25,686 nucleotides of DNA from Gammaproteobacteria bacterium (GTDB lineage: Bacteria; Pseudomonadota; Gammaproteobacteria; Tethybacterales; Persebacteraceae). This document shows, piece by piece, positions 1 to 9,076 of this stretch. Location of the stretch: assembly GCA_051009095.1 (NCBI GenBank), contig JBPCWX010000121.1, forward strand, positions 1 to 25,686, read 5' to 3'. Every line of letters starts with the position of its first letter. Within the stretch, counting starts at the first letter, position 1. The notes under the pieces were generated by a model, which was not told the DNA's origin, ran no database searches, and worked only from the letters and a program-made list of their open reading frames with translations. Both the position numbers and the translations under genes were made by a program.

Positions 1-807
1 CTATCTATTATGCCTGACAACTGCGTTGACCTTATCATCACATCACCACCATATGCCGAGCGGCGCCTGCACACTTATGGCGGCGTCTCCGCCGAGCGTT
101 ATGCAGAATGGTTTTTGCCTCTGTCCGACCAGTTTTTGCGCGTCCTCAAACCCACCGGAACTTTTATCCTCAACATCAAAGAACACGCCGAAAAAGGCGA
201 AAGAAGCGTTTATGTTTTAGAGCTTATTCTTGCCCTGCGAAAACAGGGCTGGCGGTGGACAGAAGAATTTATCTGGCACAAAAAAAACGCCTATCCCGGC
301 TGGTGGCCCAATCGCTTTCGCGACGCCTGGGAACGGCTATTGCAATTTAACAAAAGCAAAAACTTCACCATGTACCAAGATGCCGTAAAAGTGCCGATTG
401 GCGATTGGGCAGATGGACGACTTAGAAAATTGAGCCACAATGATTCTCAAAGAAGCCGTCCCGCAACCGGCAGCGGTATGGGGCGCAATGTGTCTCGTTG
501 GGTGGGCAAAGACACCGTCAACCCAGACAACGTTTTACATCTGGCGGCAGAATGTGGCAACAAAAAACACAGCGCCGTTTTTCCTGAATCTTTGCCCTCT
601 TGGTTTATCCGTCTGTTTACCAAAGAAGGCGACATTGTTTTGGATCCTTTCATGGGCTCCGGCACTTCTGTCGCTGCCGCACATAAACTTAATCGGCATA
701 GCATCGGCATAGAAATTTTGTCTGAACATTTTGCCATTGCCAAAGAACGGCTGGAAAAAATCAATAAACCAACTAAAAGCAAACACAAAGGCAAAAAGGC
801 GGCATAA
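1..807 (+). CDS. Site-specific DNA methyltransferase, beta class (N4-cytosine or N6-adenine), 5'-truncated by the window edge
   Basis: Catalytic motif IV 'DLIITSPPY' lies near the N-terminus and SAM-binding motif I 'VLDPFMGSGTS' near the C-terminus (beta order). 'HSAVFP' is also present. The frame is open from base 1 (CTA TCT ATT ATG), and the ATG at 10 sits just before motif IV, so the true start is probably upstream. Confidence 0.9.
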   Translation, partial: LSIMPDNCVDLIITSPPYAERRLHTYGGVSAERYAEWFLPLSDQFLRVLKPTGTFILNIKEHAEKGERSVYVLELILALRKQGWRWTEEFIWHKKNAYPGWWPNRFRDAWERLLQFNKSKNFTMYQDAVKVPIGDWADGRLRKLSHNDSQRSRPATGSGMGRNVSRWVGKDTVNPDNVLHLAAECGNKKHSAVFPESLPSWFIRLFTKEGDIVLDPFMGSGTSVAAAHKLNRHSIGIEILSEHFAIAKERLEKINKPTKSKHKGKKAA

Positions 808-1571
808 TGAATAGCGTGCAGTTAGAAAAAATACAGCAATATATATCTGATAACATTCAAGCATTTCACACCCGCCGCTTGGAAAAATTATCAGAATTTA
901 AACTCGATAAAACGCTCAAGCGGGTTAATCCCTATTTATATCGCGCGAAGAATCTGGAACTCGCACATGATTTTGTAAAGTATTTTACCGATAATTATTT
1001 GGCCTTGCAGGAACAGACTATTTTTGGTATGTTTTTGGAAGAACTTGCATTATTCGTCGGTGATGAATTGTGTGGCGGCAAAAAATCGGGCATCGAAGGC
1101 GTAGATTTGGAATTTTCCCGCGATAAAATTCATTATCTTGTGTCTATTAAATCCGGCACTAACTGGGGCAATTCCAGCGAAGTAAAAAAGCAGCGTGAAT
1201 GTTTTCACAAAGCCGCGCGGGTGATTCGCCAAAGCAAAAGTGTCAAGGCGGTAGCCGCTGTCTTGGGTTGCTGCTATGGTCGTGAATCGGTTGCAGACAA
1301 AGGCGACTACATTAAATTATGCGGGCAATCTTTTTGGCAATTTTTATCCAGCCATAAGAGCTTGTATTTGGATATTATTGAGCCACTGGGCCATCAGGCC
1401 AAGCAAAGAAATCACGCTTTTCATAAAGAATACACCGCTTTGCTTAATCAATCCACACAAAAATTTATGAATGACTTCTGCATAAACGGAAAAATTGATT
1501 GGAAAAAACTGACGGAATTTAGCTCCGCCAACCCAACTGCGATAACTCAAAAAAGCAAACCCCATGGATAA
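807..1571 (+). CDS. Type II restriction endonuclease, PmeII/EcoO109I-like PD-(D/E)XK family
   Basis: TAATG overlap with the MTase stop. Motifs 'NPYLY', 'QTIFGMFLEE', 'GVDLEF...VSIKSG', 'GQSFWQFL' and 'IDWKKL' resemble the EcoO109I/PmeII-type family as I recall it. AT-rich. Confidence 0.75.
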   Translation: MNSVQLEKIQQYISDNIQAFHTRRLEKLSEFKLDKTLKRVNPYLYRAKNLELAHDFVKYFTDNYLALQEQTIFGMFLEELALFVGDELCGGKKSGIEGVDLEFSRDKIHYLVSIKSGTNWGNSSEVKKQRECFHKAARVIRQSKSVKAVAAVLGCCYGRESVADKGDYIKLCGQSFWQFLSSHKSLYLDIIEPLGHQAKQRNHAFHKEYTALLNQSTQKFMNDFCINGKIDWKKLTEFSSANPTAITQKSKPHG

Positions 1572-1613
1572 AACTATCCGATTTTATTGATTCACACAAA
1601 AAGCAAACATATC

Positions 1614-2597
1614 ATGACCACCACTAACAATTTCGCCACTTCACTAATTGCCGAAGCAAAACGGCGACGCCAGCGAATCATCTTGCCGGAAAGCAATGAC
1701 ACCCGCGTTTTGGCGGCAGCAACCCGTGCGCAAACAGACGGCATCGCCGATTGCATCTTATTGGGCGATGAAAAAGAAACACGCAAGAATGCGCAAGCAG
1801 CGGGAATTAATTTATCCGCCGACACCATGATTGTCGCCCCAGACATTGCGCGATTGGCGCCGTTGCTGGCTTCTTTACGAGCAAGCAAAGGCATGGACGA
1901 AACAACGGCGGCACACTGGCTGAGCCAAGACCCTGTCGCTGCCGCCGCCATAATGCTCAAACACGGCGAAGCAGACGGTATGGTGGCCGGTGCGGCAACT
2001 GCATCGGCAGCAGTTTTGCGCCCTTTTTTACAAATCATCGGCAAGGCAAAAAACGCTTCCCTAGCCTCCTCTTTCTTTTTAATGTGTTTGCCCGAAGGAG
2101 CCAAATTATTTGCCGATTGTGCCTTGAATGTGCGCCCAACAGCGGCACAACTGGCCGATATTGCTGCCCAAAGTGCAGCCAATGCGCAAAAATTTGGCAT
2201 CACTCCCATTGTGGCATTACTCAGCTACGCCACCGGCGACAGCACCGCCAGTGAAGAAGTCGCGCGCATAGCCGAAGCGACAGAATTGGCCCAAAAATTG
2301 CTCCCCAACACGCCAGTAGTCGGGCCTATTCAATATGACGCCGCCATCTCGCCCACTGTTGCCGCACAAAAAGCGCCTCAGTGGAAGTCCGCAGGGCATG
2401 CCACAGTGCTCATTTTTCCCGATGTTGCCTCGGGTAATATCGCTTACAAAGCGGTGCAGCACGCGGCAAAAATTGTCGCCATTGGCCCTTTGCTGCAAGG
2501 GTTGGCCGCGCCCGCAAATGATTTATCCCGCGGAGCAACAATAGATGATGTTTATTACACGATTGCCGCTACCGCCATACAAGCAGGGCAAACATAA
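1614..2597 (+). CDS. pta: Phosphate acetyltransferase (short, catalytic domain only)
   Basis: Motifs 'RIILPES', 'ADGMVAGA', 'FADCALN..P', 'QYDAA', 'GNIAYK' and 'GPLLQGL..PANDLSRG'. ATG at 1614 preferred over the TTG at 1587. Confidence 0.9.
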   Translation: MTTTNNFATSLIAEAKRRRQRIILPESNDTRVLAAATRAQTDGIADCILLGDEKETRKNAQAAGINLSADTMIVAPDIARLAPLLASLRASKGMDETTAAHWLSQDPVAAAAIMLKHGEADGMVAGAATASAAVLRPFLQIIGKAKNASLASSFFLMCLPEGAKLFADCALNVRPTAAQLADIAAQSAANAQKFGITPIVALLSYATGDSTASEEVARIAEATELAQKLLPNTPVVGPIQYDAAISPTVAAQKAPQWKSAGHATVLIFPDVASGNIAYKAVQHAAKIVAIGPLLQGLAAPANDLSRGATIDDVYYTIAATAIQAGQT

Positions 2598-2634
2598 TAT
2601 GCCATTTCACCCATCTGGGCAAGCAAACATTAGC

Positions 2635-2664
2635 ATTGCCACCGTTATTATGGTGGCAATTTTT
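2635..2664 (+). terminator. Intrinsic terminator after pta
   Basis: 9-bp stem ATTGCCACC (2635-2643) / GGTGGCAAT (2652-2660), followed by TTTT. Confidence 0.7.
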
Positions 2665-2712
2665 GTAAGCAATTTTTACCATGCACACAATCAATTACGA
2701 TAAGATAGGACT

Positions 2713-3888
2713 ATGCAAACAGAATCTCATCCCCGTTTGTCCGATGCCATTCAATGGTTGCAGGAATTAACGGCATTTGACACCATTCCCACACACAGCA
2801 ATATACCCCTGGTGCGCCACTTGGAAGAACGCTTAGGCGCTCAAGATATTGCCACCACCACCGCACTGACACCCAATGGCGACAAAGCAACATTTCTTGC
2901 CACTATCGGACCCAACATAGACGGCGGTGTTATATTATCCGGACACACTGATGTCGTCGATGTGGCGGGACAAGATTGGGACACCCCGCCTTTTTCGCTC
3001 AGTGAAAAAAATGGGCGCTTGTATGCGCGCGGGGCTTGCGATATGAAAGGATTTCTCGCCTGTGCCTTGGCTATGGCGCCACTGTTTGCGCAAACACCGC
3101 TAACGCGCCCGGTTTATCTGGCCTTTTCGCGTGATGAAGAAATTGGTTGTGCCGGCAGCGCCGATATGCTGGCATTGATCAAGCAATGTGGCGCCAAGCC
3201 TGACGTCGCCCTCATCGGTGAACCGACGCGCATGAAAACCATTGTCGGACACAAAGCAGGGTTAACCTCGAGCACGGTCTTTCACGGGGTTGCGGCACAC
3301 AGCTCGATGCCTGCTGAAGGGCAAAGCGCCATCCCTTTTGCGGCACGGTTTATTACCCACCTTGATAATTTAGAAAAAGAAATGGCGCGACAAGCGGATG
3401 CGAAAAGCTCATTCTCGCCGCCGCACGGCACCATCAATGTCGGTATGGTGCATGGCGGCACGGCCTTGAATATTTTTGCCGCCCGCTGCGAAATGAACTG
3501 GCATTATCGCGCTATGCCGGATGAAGATTTAGACGCTTTTGTCGACCGCATTAATGATTTTTTGCAAAACACACTATTACCCGACATGCGTGCGAGCGGG
3601 CATGCCGTGGCGATTGAAAATACCGTAAACACCTGTTACCCCGCCTTGGCACCTCTGCCCGATTCGCCGGCCTTAGCGCTTGTCGCCGAATTAATCGGTG
3701 ATGTCAGCGATGATGCGGTATCTTTTGGCACCGAAGCAGGCCATTTTCAACAAGCCAGCATTCCTGCCGTTGTTATTGGCCCCGGCGACATCGCACAAGC
3801 ACACAAGCCAAATGAATATATTGAAATATCCCAACTTGCGCAATGCCTGCATTTTTTCGACAAACTGCGGAGCAAACTATCCGCCTAA
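2713..3888 (+). CDS. argE: Acetylornithine deacetylase (M20 family)
   Basis: Motifs 'ILSGHTDVV', 'ARGACDMKGF', 'DEEIGC', 'IGEPT', 'AHSS', 'FGTEAG' and 'GPG...AHKPNEY'. Confidence 0.88.
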   Translation: MQTESHPRLSDAIQWLQELTAFDTIPTHSNIPLVRHLEERLGAQDIATTTALTPNGDKATFLATIGPNIDGGVILSGHTDVVDVAGQDWDTPPFSLSEKNGRLYARGACDMKGFLACALAMAPLFAQTPLTRPVYLAFSRDEEIGCAGSADMLALIKQCGAKPDVALIGEPTRMKTIVGHKAGLTSSTVFHGVAAHSSMPAEGQSAIPFAARFITHLDNLEKEMARQADAKSSFSPPHGTINVGMVHGGTALNIFAARCEMNWHYRAMPDEDLDAFVDRINDFLQNTLLPDMRASGHAVAIENTVNTCYPALAPLPDSPALALVAELIGDVSDDAVSFGTEAGHFQQASIPAVVIGPGDIAQAHKPNEYIEISQLAQCLHFFDKLRSKLSA

Positions 3889-4022
3889 CCTCTACCCGCC
3901 ATATCCGGCCATACAAACCGCCATGCTCCCTAGGCGTAAAAAGAGTGTATGCAAAACATTAACGACGCGATGCCCTTGTAGGGTTTTACGCCCGCATCAA
4001 AAAATGGCGACCCATAAACATA

Positions 4023-5126
4023 CTAACGAGTGGGCGAATCTGCCCGCCGAAAAACCAACCAGTCTGATGACACAAAATTAAACACCGTGCCCACCAACAC
4101 CCCCAACACCAAAGCGGCAAGCCGATGCTCCATAAAAAACTCCGTTTTAGTCGTCAACAGCGCATAGGTACCCCAGTTAAGCACAAACCCCACCAAACAC
4201 ACCAGCACAAAACGCAACCATTGCGCCGCCGCCATTTCACGCGGGCGCGTCTTAAATGTCATAATCCGATTGAGAAACCAATTAGTGCTGACTGCTGGCC
4301 AAAATGCCAACCCGCGTGCCCACAAATGCGGCATCCCCAACATCAATAACAAGTAATAGATCGCCACATCCAAAACAAAACCCGTCCCTCCCACCGCGCA
4401 AAATTGCAGCACCTCCATCGGTCGCGGCCAGCGATAATGATACAACCGCCGTAAATGGCGCACATAATTTATCTGCTCTCGCAGAGTCATTTTGCTCTCA
4501 CCCCGTTGTCGGTCTTGAAAGTGTATCGGCACCTCATGAATGCGTGAATGCGGCCAACCCGCTTTGACGGCAATTTCCAAACCAATCTTGTAGCCAATGG
4601 GAGACAATTTTTCCGCCGCCGGCATGTCGGCACGGCGCAAGGCAAAAAAGCCCGACATCGGATCCGCCAGCAGCGTCAACGGACGCGCCAACACCGTCGC
4701 GCCATATGAATTTAACTTACGCAACCACGACCAGTCATCGCCCAACACCCCCCCCTGCACATAACGCGAACCAACAGCAAAATCCGCCTCACCCGCCGCC
4801 AGCGGCGCAATCATGTCAGCAATTTTATCCGGCGGGTGTGATAAATCGGCATCCATCACCACAATAAATTCCCCCCGAGCCAATGCAATCCCATCAATCA
4901 CCGCCGCCGCCAAACCTCGATTATCATGACGCGTTAGCAAGCGCAACGGCAAATCATCGGCCAGTTTTTTGCACACCTCATCCGTATTATCGCCGGAAAA
5001 ATCATCGGCAATAATAATCTCAAATGATTCGCCGACCAATGCCTCAGCGATATGCGCCGCCAGCAAAGGAATATTTTCTGCCTCTTGATATGTCGGCACC
5101 ACAATGCTGAGGCGCGGTGCGGTCAT
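4023..5126 (-). CDS. GT2 polyprenol-phosphate glycosyltransferase (DPM1-like) fused to a C-terminal GtrA-like membrane domain
   Basis: Motifs 'SIVVPTYQE', 'DD.S.D.T', 'VMDADLSHPP', 'GSRY', 'DPMSGFF' and 'R..GESK'. The last ~125 aa are four hydrophobic helices with GtrA features ('QFCAVG..GF.LD', 'NWFLNR..TF', 'FNF'). Confidence 0.85.
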   Translation of the reverse strand: MTAPRLSIVVPTYQEAENIPLLAAHIAEALVGESFEIIIADDFSGDNTDEVCKKLADDLPLRLLTRHDNRGLAAAVIDGIALARGEFIVVMDADLSHPPDKIADMIAPLAAGEADFAVGSRYVQGGVLGDDWSWLRKLNSYGATVLARPLTLLADPMSGFFALRRADMPAAEKLSPIGYKIGLEIAVKAGWPHSRIHEVPIHFQDRQRGESKMTLREQINYVRHLRRLYHYRWPRPMEVLQFCAVGGTGFVLDVAIYYLLLMLGMPHLWARGLAFWPAVSTNWFLNRIMTFKTRPREMAAAQWLRFVLVCLVGFVLNWGTYALLTTKTEFFMEHRLAALVLGVLVGTVFNFVSSDWLVFRRADSPTR

Positions 5127-5129
5127 GGT

Positions 5130-7775
5130 TTAATGGTCATCGCCGGCATCGCCGTTTTCTTCGTCGCCATTTTGCTCTTCTTCAATGCGCGCCATACCCA
5201 CCAATTTACTGCCTTTGTCCAAATTGATTAAGCGCACGCCCTGCGTATTGCGCCCCAGCCGGCGAATGTGTTTTATGTTGGTGCGAATCAAAACACCGCC
5301 ATCGGTAATAAGCATGACATCATCATGATCACCAGCCAGCACCGCCCCAATCACTGTGGCCTTGCTTTTATCCGGCAAGCGCAGCGCAATCACCCCTTGC
5401 ACGCCCCGCCCTTTGGTGGCAAACTCTTCGGCACTGGTGCGCTTGCCGCGGCCATTGTCGGCCGCCACCAAAATCGCCAATTCTTTTGCTTCGTTTACCG
5501 ACAAAGACAACATGGAAACCAACTGCTGGTCCTCTTTTAATTTCATGCCGCGGACGCCGCGCGCAGTGCGCCCCATAGCGCGCAAGTCAGCGGCGGCAAA
5601 ACGCACCGCCTTGCCCACATTGGAAAACAAAAGCACCGTGCCCTCATCTTTGCGGTCTTCGACAAGCAAAGCATCATCGCCGCCGCCACCGCCCAAGGCA
5701 GCATTGATGAGTCGATCACCGTCATTCAAAGACAAGGCGATAATGCCGACTTTGCGCGGATGAGAAAAAGCCGACAACAGGGTTTTTTTGACCACCCCTT
5801 TGGCCGTGGCAAAAATAACATGCCGCCCGCCAGCAAAATTATTCACCGGCAGCACAGTTTGCACCGTTTCATCTTCGCCCAATTCCAAAAGCCCCACAAT
5901 CGGACGCCCGCGGCTGGCGCGTGAGGCAAGCGGCAGTTCATAAACTTTTTTCCAATACACCCGCCCCAAGTTTGTAAAAATGAGCAAATAATCATGCGTG
6001 CTGGCCACAAACAAGCGGCTGATAAAATCATCTTCGCGCGTGCCTGCCGCCTGTTTGCCCCGCCCGCCACGGAGTTGTGCCGCATAATCCGACACCGCCT
6101 GCCGCTTGACATAGCCGCGGTGTGAGAAGGTGACGATCATCTCCTCTTCGGCAATAAGGCTTTCAATGTCAATATCTTCGGCATCGGCGATAATTTCACT
6201 GCGGCGCGGCGTCGCGAAGTTTTTTTGCGCCTCGCGCAATTCATCAGCAATGCGGCGATTAATTTTTTTAGGGCTGGCTAATAATTGCAGGTGTTTAACA
6301 ATTTCATCGACCACGGCGGCATAATCCGCAGCAATTTTATCGCGCTCCATTGCCGTCAACCGCGCCAAGCGCATATCCAAAATGGCCTTTGCCTGGGTGG
6401 TGGAAAAAAGATAATCACCATCATTTTGCAAACCTCGGCGACGGTCAGATTCGGCGGGCATTGTGTCTTCCGGATTTTCCAGCCGCGCCAGCATATCGGC
6501 GACAATTTGTGCCGGCCAAGCCCGTGCCATAAGCGCTTTTTCGGCGGCAGCGGGAGAAGAAGCGGATTTAATGGTGTTGACAATTTCGTCAACATTAGCG
6601 ACTGCGGCGGCATAGCCTTCCAAAAGATGCGCCCGCGCCCGCGCCTTGCCCAATTCAAAAACCGCGCGGCGCACAACCACTTCACGCCGATGACGCAAAA
6701 AGCATTCCAGCAATTCACGCAAGTTTAATTGTTGCGGCGCGCCATCCACCAGCGCCACCATATTGATGGAAAAATTATCCTGCAACTGGGTTTCTTTATA
6801 CAGATGATTGAGAATCACCTCGGCGTTTTCGTTGCGCCGCAATTCCACCACCACGCGAATCCCTTTGCGGTCGGATTCATCGCGCAAGTCGGTGATGCCG
6901 CTAATTTTTTTATCCCGCGCCAATTCAGCAATGCGCGAAATCAAAACCGCTTTATTAACCTGATAGGGCAAATCATCAATAATAATCGCCTGACGGGCGC
7001 CGCTTTTATCCAAGTTTTCTGTGTGTGTGCGCCCCCGCATGGTGACGCGTCCGCGCCCGGTTTGATACGCCGCCATCACCCCCCCCATCCCAAACAGCAG
7101 CCCCCCGGTGGGAAAATCGGGCGCCGGCATATGCTTTTGCAATTCGGCAATCTCCACCTGCGGATTATCCAGCAAAGCAAGAGCGGCACTAATAACTTCA
7201 TTCAGATTATGCGGCGGAATATTGGTCGCCATGCCGACGGCAATGCCGGAAGAACCATTCACCAGCAAATTTGGAATACGCGCCGGCAATACGGTCGGCT
7301 CTTTTTCGGAGCCGTCATAATTCGGGGCAAAATCAACCGTATCTTTATCAATATCTTCGAGCAAAGTGTGCGCGATTTTTGCCATGCGCACTTCGGTATA
7401 ACGCATGGCGGCGGGATTATCGCCGTCCACCGAGCCAAAGTTTCCCTGTCCATCGACAAGCATATCGCGCATGGAAAAATTTTGCGCCATACGCACCAAG
7501 GCGTCATAAACTGCTTCGCCGCTGTGGGGATGATATTTACCGAGCACATCACCAACAATGCGGGCGGATTTTTTATACGGTTTATTCCAATCGTTGTTGG
7601 CTTCGTACATGGCATAAAGGGTGCGCCGATGGACGGGTTTAAGCCCGTCACGAGCATCCGGCAAAGCCCGCCCAACAATCACACTCATGGCATAGTCCAA
7701 ATACGCGCTTTCCATGCGCGACTCTAAACTAACTGATGACAATTCCTTTGCAAAATCAACGCTTTCTTTTGACAC
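5130..7775 (-). CDS. gyrA: DNA gyrase subunit A
   Basis: Motifs 'YLDYAMSVIVGRALPDARDGLKPVHRR', 'KKSARIVG', catalytic 'AAMRYTE' (Y126), GyrA-box-like 'QLRGGRG' and C-terminal pinwheel repeats. Confidence 0.98.
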   Translation of the reverse strand: MSKESVDFAKELSSVSLESRMESAYLDYAMSVIVGRALPDARDGLKPVHRRTLYAMYEANNDWNKPYKKSARIVGDVLGKYHPHSGEAVYDALVRMAQNFSMRDMLVDGQGNFGSVDGDNPAAMRYTEVRMAKIAHTLLEDIDKDTVDFAPNYDGSEKEPTVLPARIPNLLVNGSSGIAVGMATNIPPHNLNEVISAALALLDNPQVEIAELQKHMPAPDFPTGGLLFGMGGVMAAYQTGRGRVTMRGRTHTENLDKSGARQAIIIDDLPYQVNKAVLISRIAELARDKKISGITDLRDESDRKGIRVVVELRRNENAEVILNHLYKETQLQDNFSINMVALVDGAPQQLNLRELLECFLRHRREVVVRRAVFELGKARARAHLLEGYAAAVANVDEIVNTIKSASSPAAAEKALMARAWPAQIVADMLARLENPEDTMPAESDRRRGLQNDGDYLFSTTQAKAILDMRLARLTAMERDKIAADYAAVVDEIVKHLQLLASPKKINRRIADELREAQKNFATPRRSEIIADAEDIDIESLIAEEEMIVTFSHRGYVKRQAVSDYAAQLRGGRGKQAAGTREDDFISRLFVASTHDYLLIFTNLGRVYWKKVYELPLASRASRGRPIVGLLELGEDETVQTVLPVNNFAGGRHVIFATAKGVVKKTLLSAFSHPRKVGIIALSLNDGDRLINAALGGGGGDDALLVEDRKDEGTVLLFSNVGKAVRFAAADLRAMGRTARGVRGMKLKEDQQLVSMLSLSVNEAKELAILVAADNGRGKRTSAEEFATKGRGVQGVIALRLPDKSKATVIGAVLAGDHDDVMLITDGGVLIRTNIKHIRRLGRNTQGVRLINLDKGSKLVGMARIEEEQNGDEENGDAGDDH

Positions 7776-7990
7776 AATAATCTTTCTGTGAGAGAGTAAA
7801 ATAAACCTCTATTTTAACACAAAAAGCAAGCACATATGCGGCTTCCGGGGGGAATGTTTATTGGCCTTTTTTCGGATAATTTGCCCATTGAACAGAAATC
7901 AAAAATTCCCCCATCAAATGCTGCCAACAAGAATGTTTTTATCGCAAAAACACCAAAGGAAAAATATCTTTTATGGCATAAAATACTCAT

Positions 7991-9076
7991 ATGAGGATTG
8001 TTCCTAACCCTACTCGCAATAGTGCCTTTTTGGGATTATGGCAGAATGACTATGAGCATTATCAAATGCCGCAGCCGCAATATTTGGGCGCCAAATACCA
8101 ACTGCTTAACTGGCTCACAAAACATATACCCATCAATGGCGGCGTTATGTTGGACGGCTTTGGCGGCTCCCAATCTGTTGCTTTTGCCATGAAAAAAATG
8201 GGGTTTGCCGTCCACACCAACGATTTTCTTAATTTTTGCCACCAAAGCGGCATCGCCTTGGTGGCAAACAAAAGCGCGATATTAAACAAAGATGATGTAG
8301 CGATGTTGTTTGCCGACAATCCCTGCCGCCGTAAAATAATGATTCGTTTCAAAAACATTTTTTTTGCCGAGTCAGAATGCGTATTGCTGGATAACTTTCG
8401 CACCAATGTTGATCAATTTTCCTGTCCACACAAACGCGCCTTAGCCTTGGCGATAATGTGCCGCAGTCTTACGCGTAAAACAATTATGGGGCATTTTGCA
8501 CATTTGCGGGCGATGGAATACGCACGCAATCCGCTTCGCGTAAAGCGCAATCCCAGCATTGCCCGCAATATCCACGACTTATTTTTAGCCTTATTGCCCC
8601 AATACAATGCCGCTGTATTTGACAACGGCCAAGACAACAAAAGTTATCACGGCAATATTTTGGAGATGCTGCCGTCATTGGCGGATGCGGATTTAGACTT
8701 AGTTTACTACGACCCGCCGTATTGCCAGAGCCACGCAGATTATCAGGCTTTTTATCATCTTTTGGAAACTTTTGTGGAAGCGTGGGAAGACAAAACATTC
8801 ATCAATGGCAATCAACGCTACCACCCTCCTCGTCCCAGCGGCTTTGACAAAGTCGGTAATGTGGAAAATTCTTTTCGCCGTTTATTCGCATTGTCAGATG
8901 ACATTCCTTATTGGCTGATTAGTTATAATGACCGCTCGACGCCGACGGTGGAAACACTGGCGCAGATGGCACGGCGGCATAAAAAAGTGCGTATAGAGGA
9001 AAAAATTTATCACACTTCCAGAGGCGGTAAAGGCTCTGTGTCTGGCAGCCGAGAATTTTTACTTATCTGTCAATGA
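7991..9076 (+). CDS. N6-adenine DNA methyltransferase, alpha class (D12/NlaIII/FokI-like)
   Basis: Motifs 'QYLGAKYQLL.WL', motif I 'DGFGGSQSV', 'TNDF', motif IV 'LVYYDPPY', 'YHLLE' and 'ISYN'. An alternative start exists at ATG 8066. Confidence 0.88.
   Translation: MRIVPNPTRNSAFLGLWQNDYEHYQMPQPQYLGAKYQLLNWLTKHIPINGGVMLDGFGGSQSVAFAMKKMGFAVHTNDFLNFCHQSGIALVANKSAILNKDDVAMLFADNPCRRKIMIRFKNIFFAESECVLLDNFRTNVDQFSCPHKRALALAIMCRSLTRKTIMGHFAHLRAMEYARNPLRVKRNPSIARNIHDLFLALLPQYNAAVFDNGQDNKSYHGNILEMLPSLADADLDLVYYDPPYCQSHADYQAFYHLLETFVEAWEDKTFINGNQRYHPPRPSGFDKVGNVENSFRRLFALSDDIPYWLISYNDRSTPTVETLAQMARRHKKVRIEEKIYHTSRGGKGSVSGSREFLLICQ

Noticed and set aside
6729-7727. 332-aa plus-strand ORF, and similar long ORFs at 14958-15719, 21421-22251 and 1592-2209
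   Set aside because: These are antisense shadows of gyrA, trxB, ilvA and pta, with no recognisable motifs. They are expected from the codon bias of the real genes.
7848-7912. 8-bp inverted repeat GGGGGAAT/ATTCCCCC in the gyrA-MTase divergent spacer
   Set aside because: It is short, has a 49-nt spacer and no supporting inner pairing, so it cannot be told from chance.
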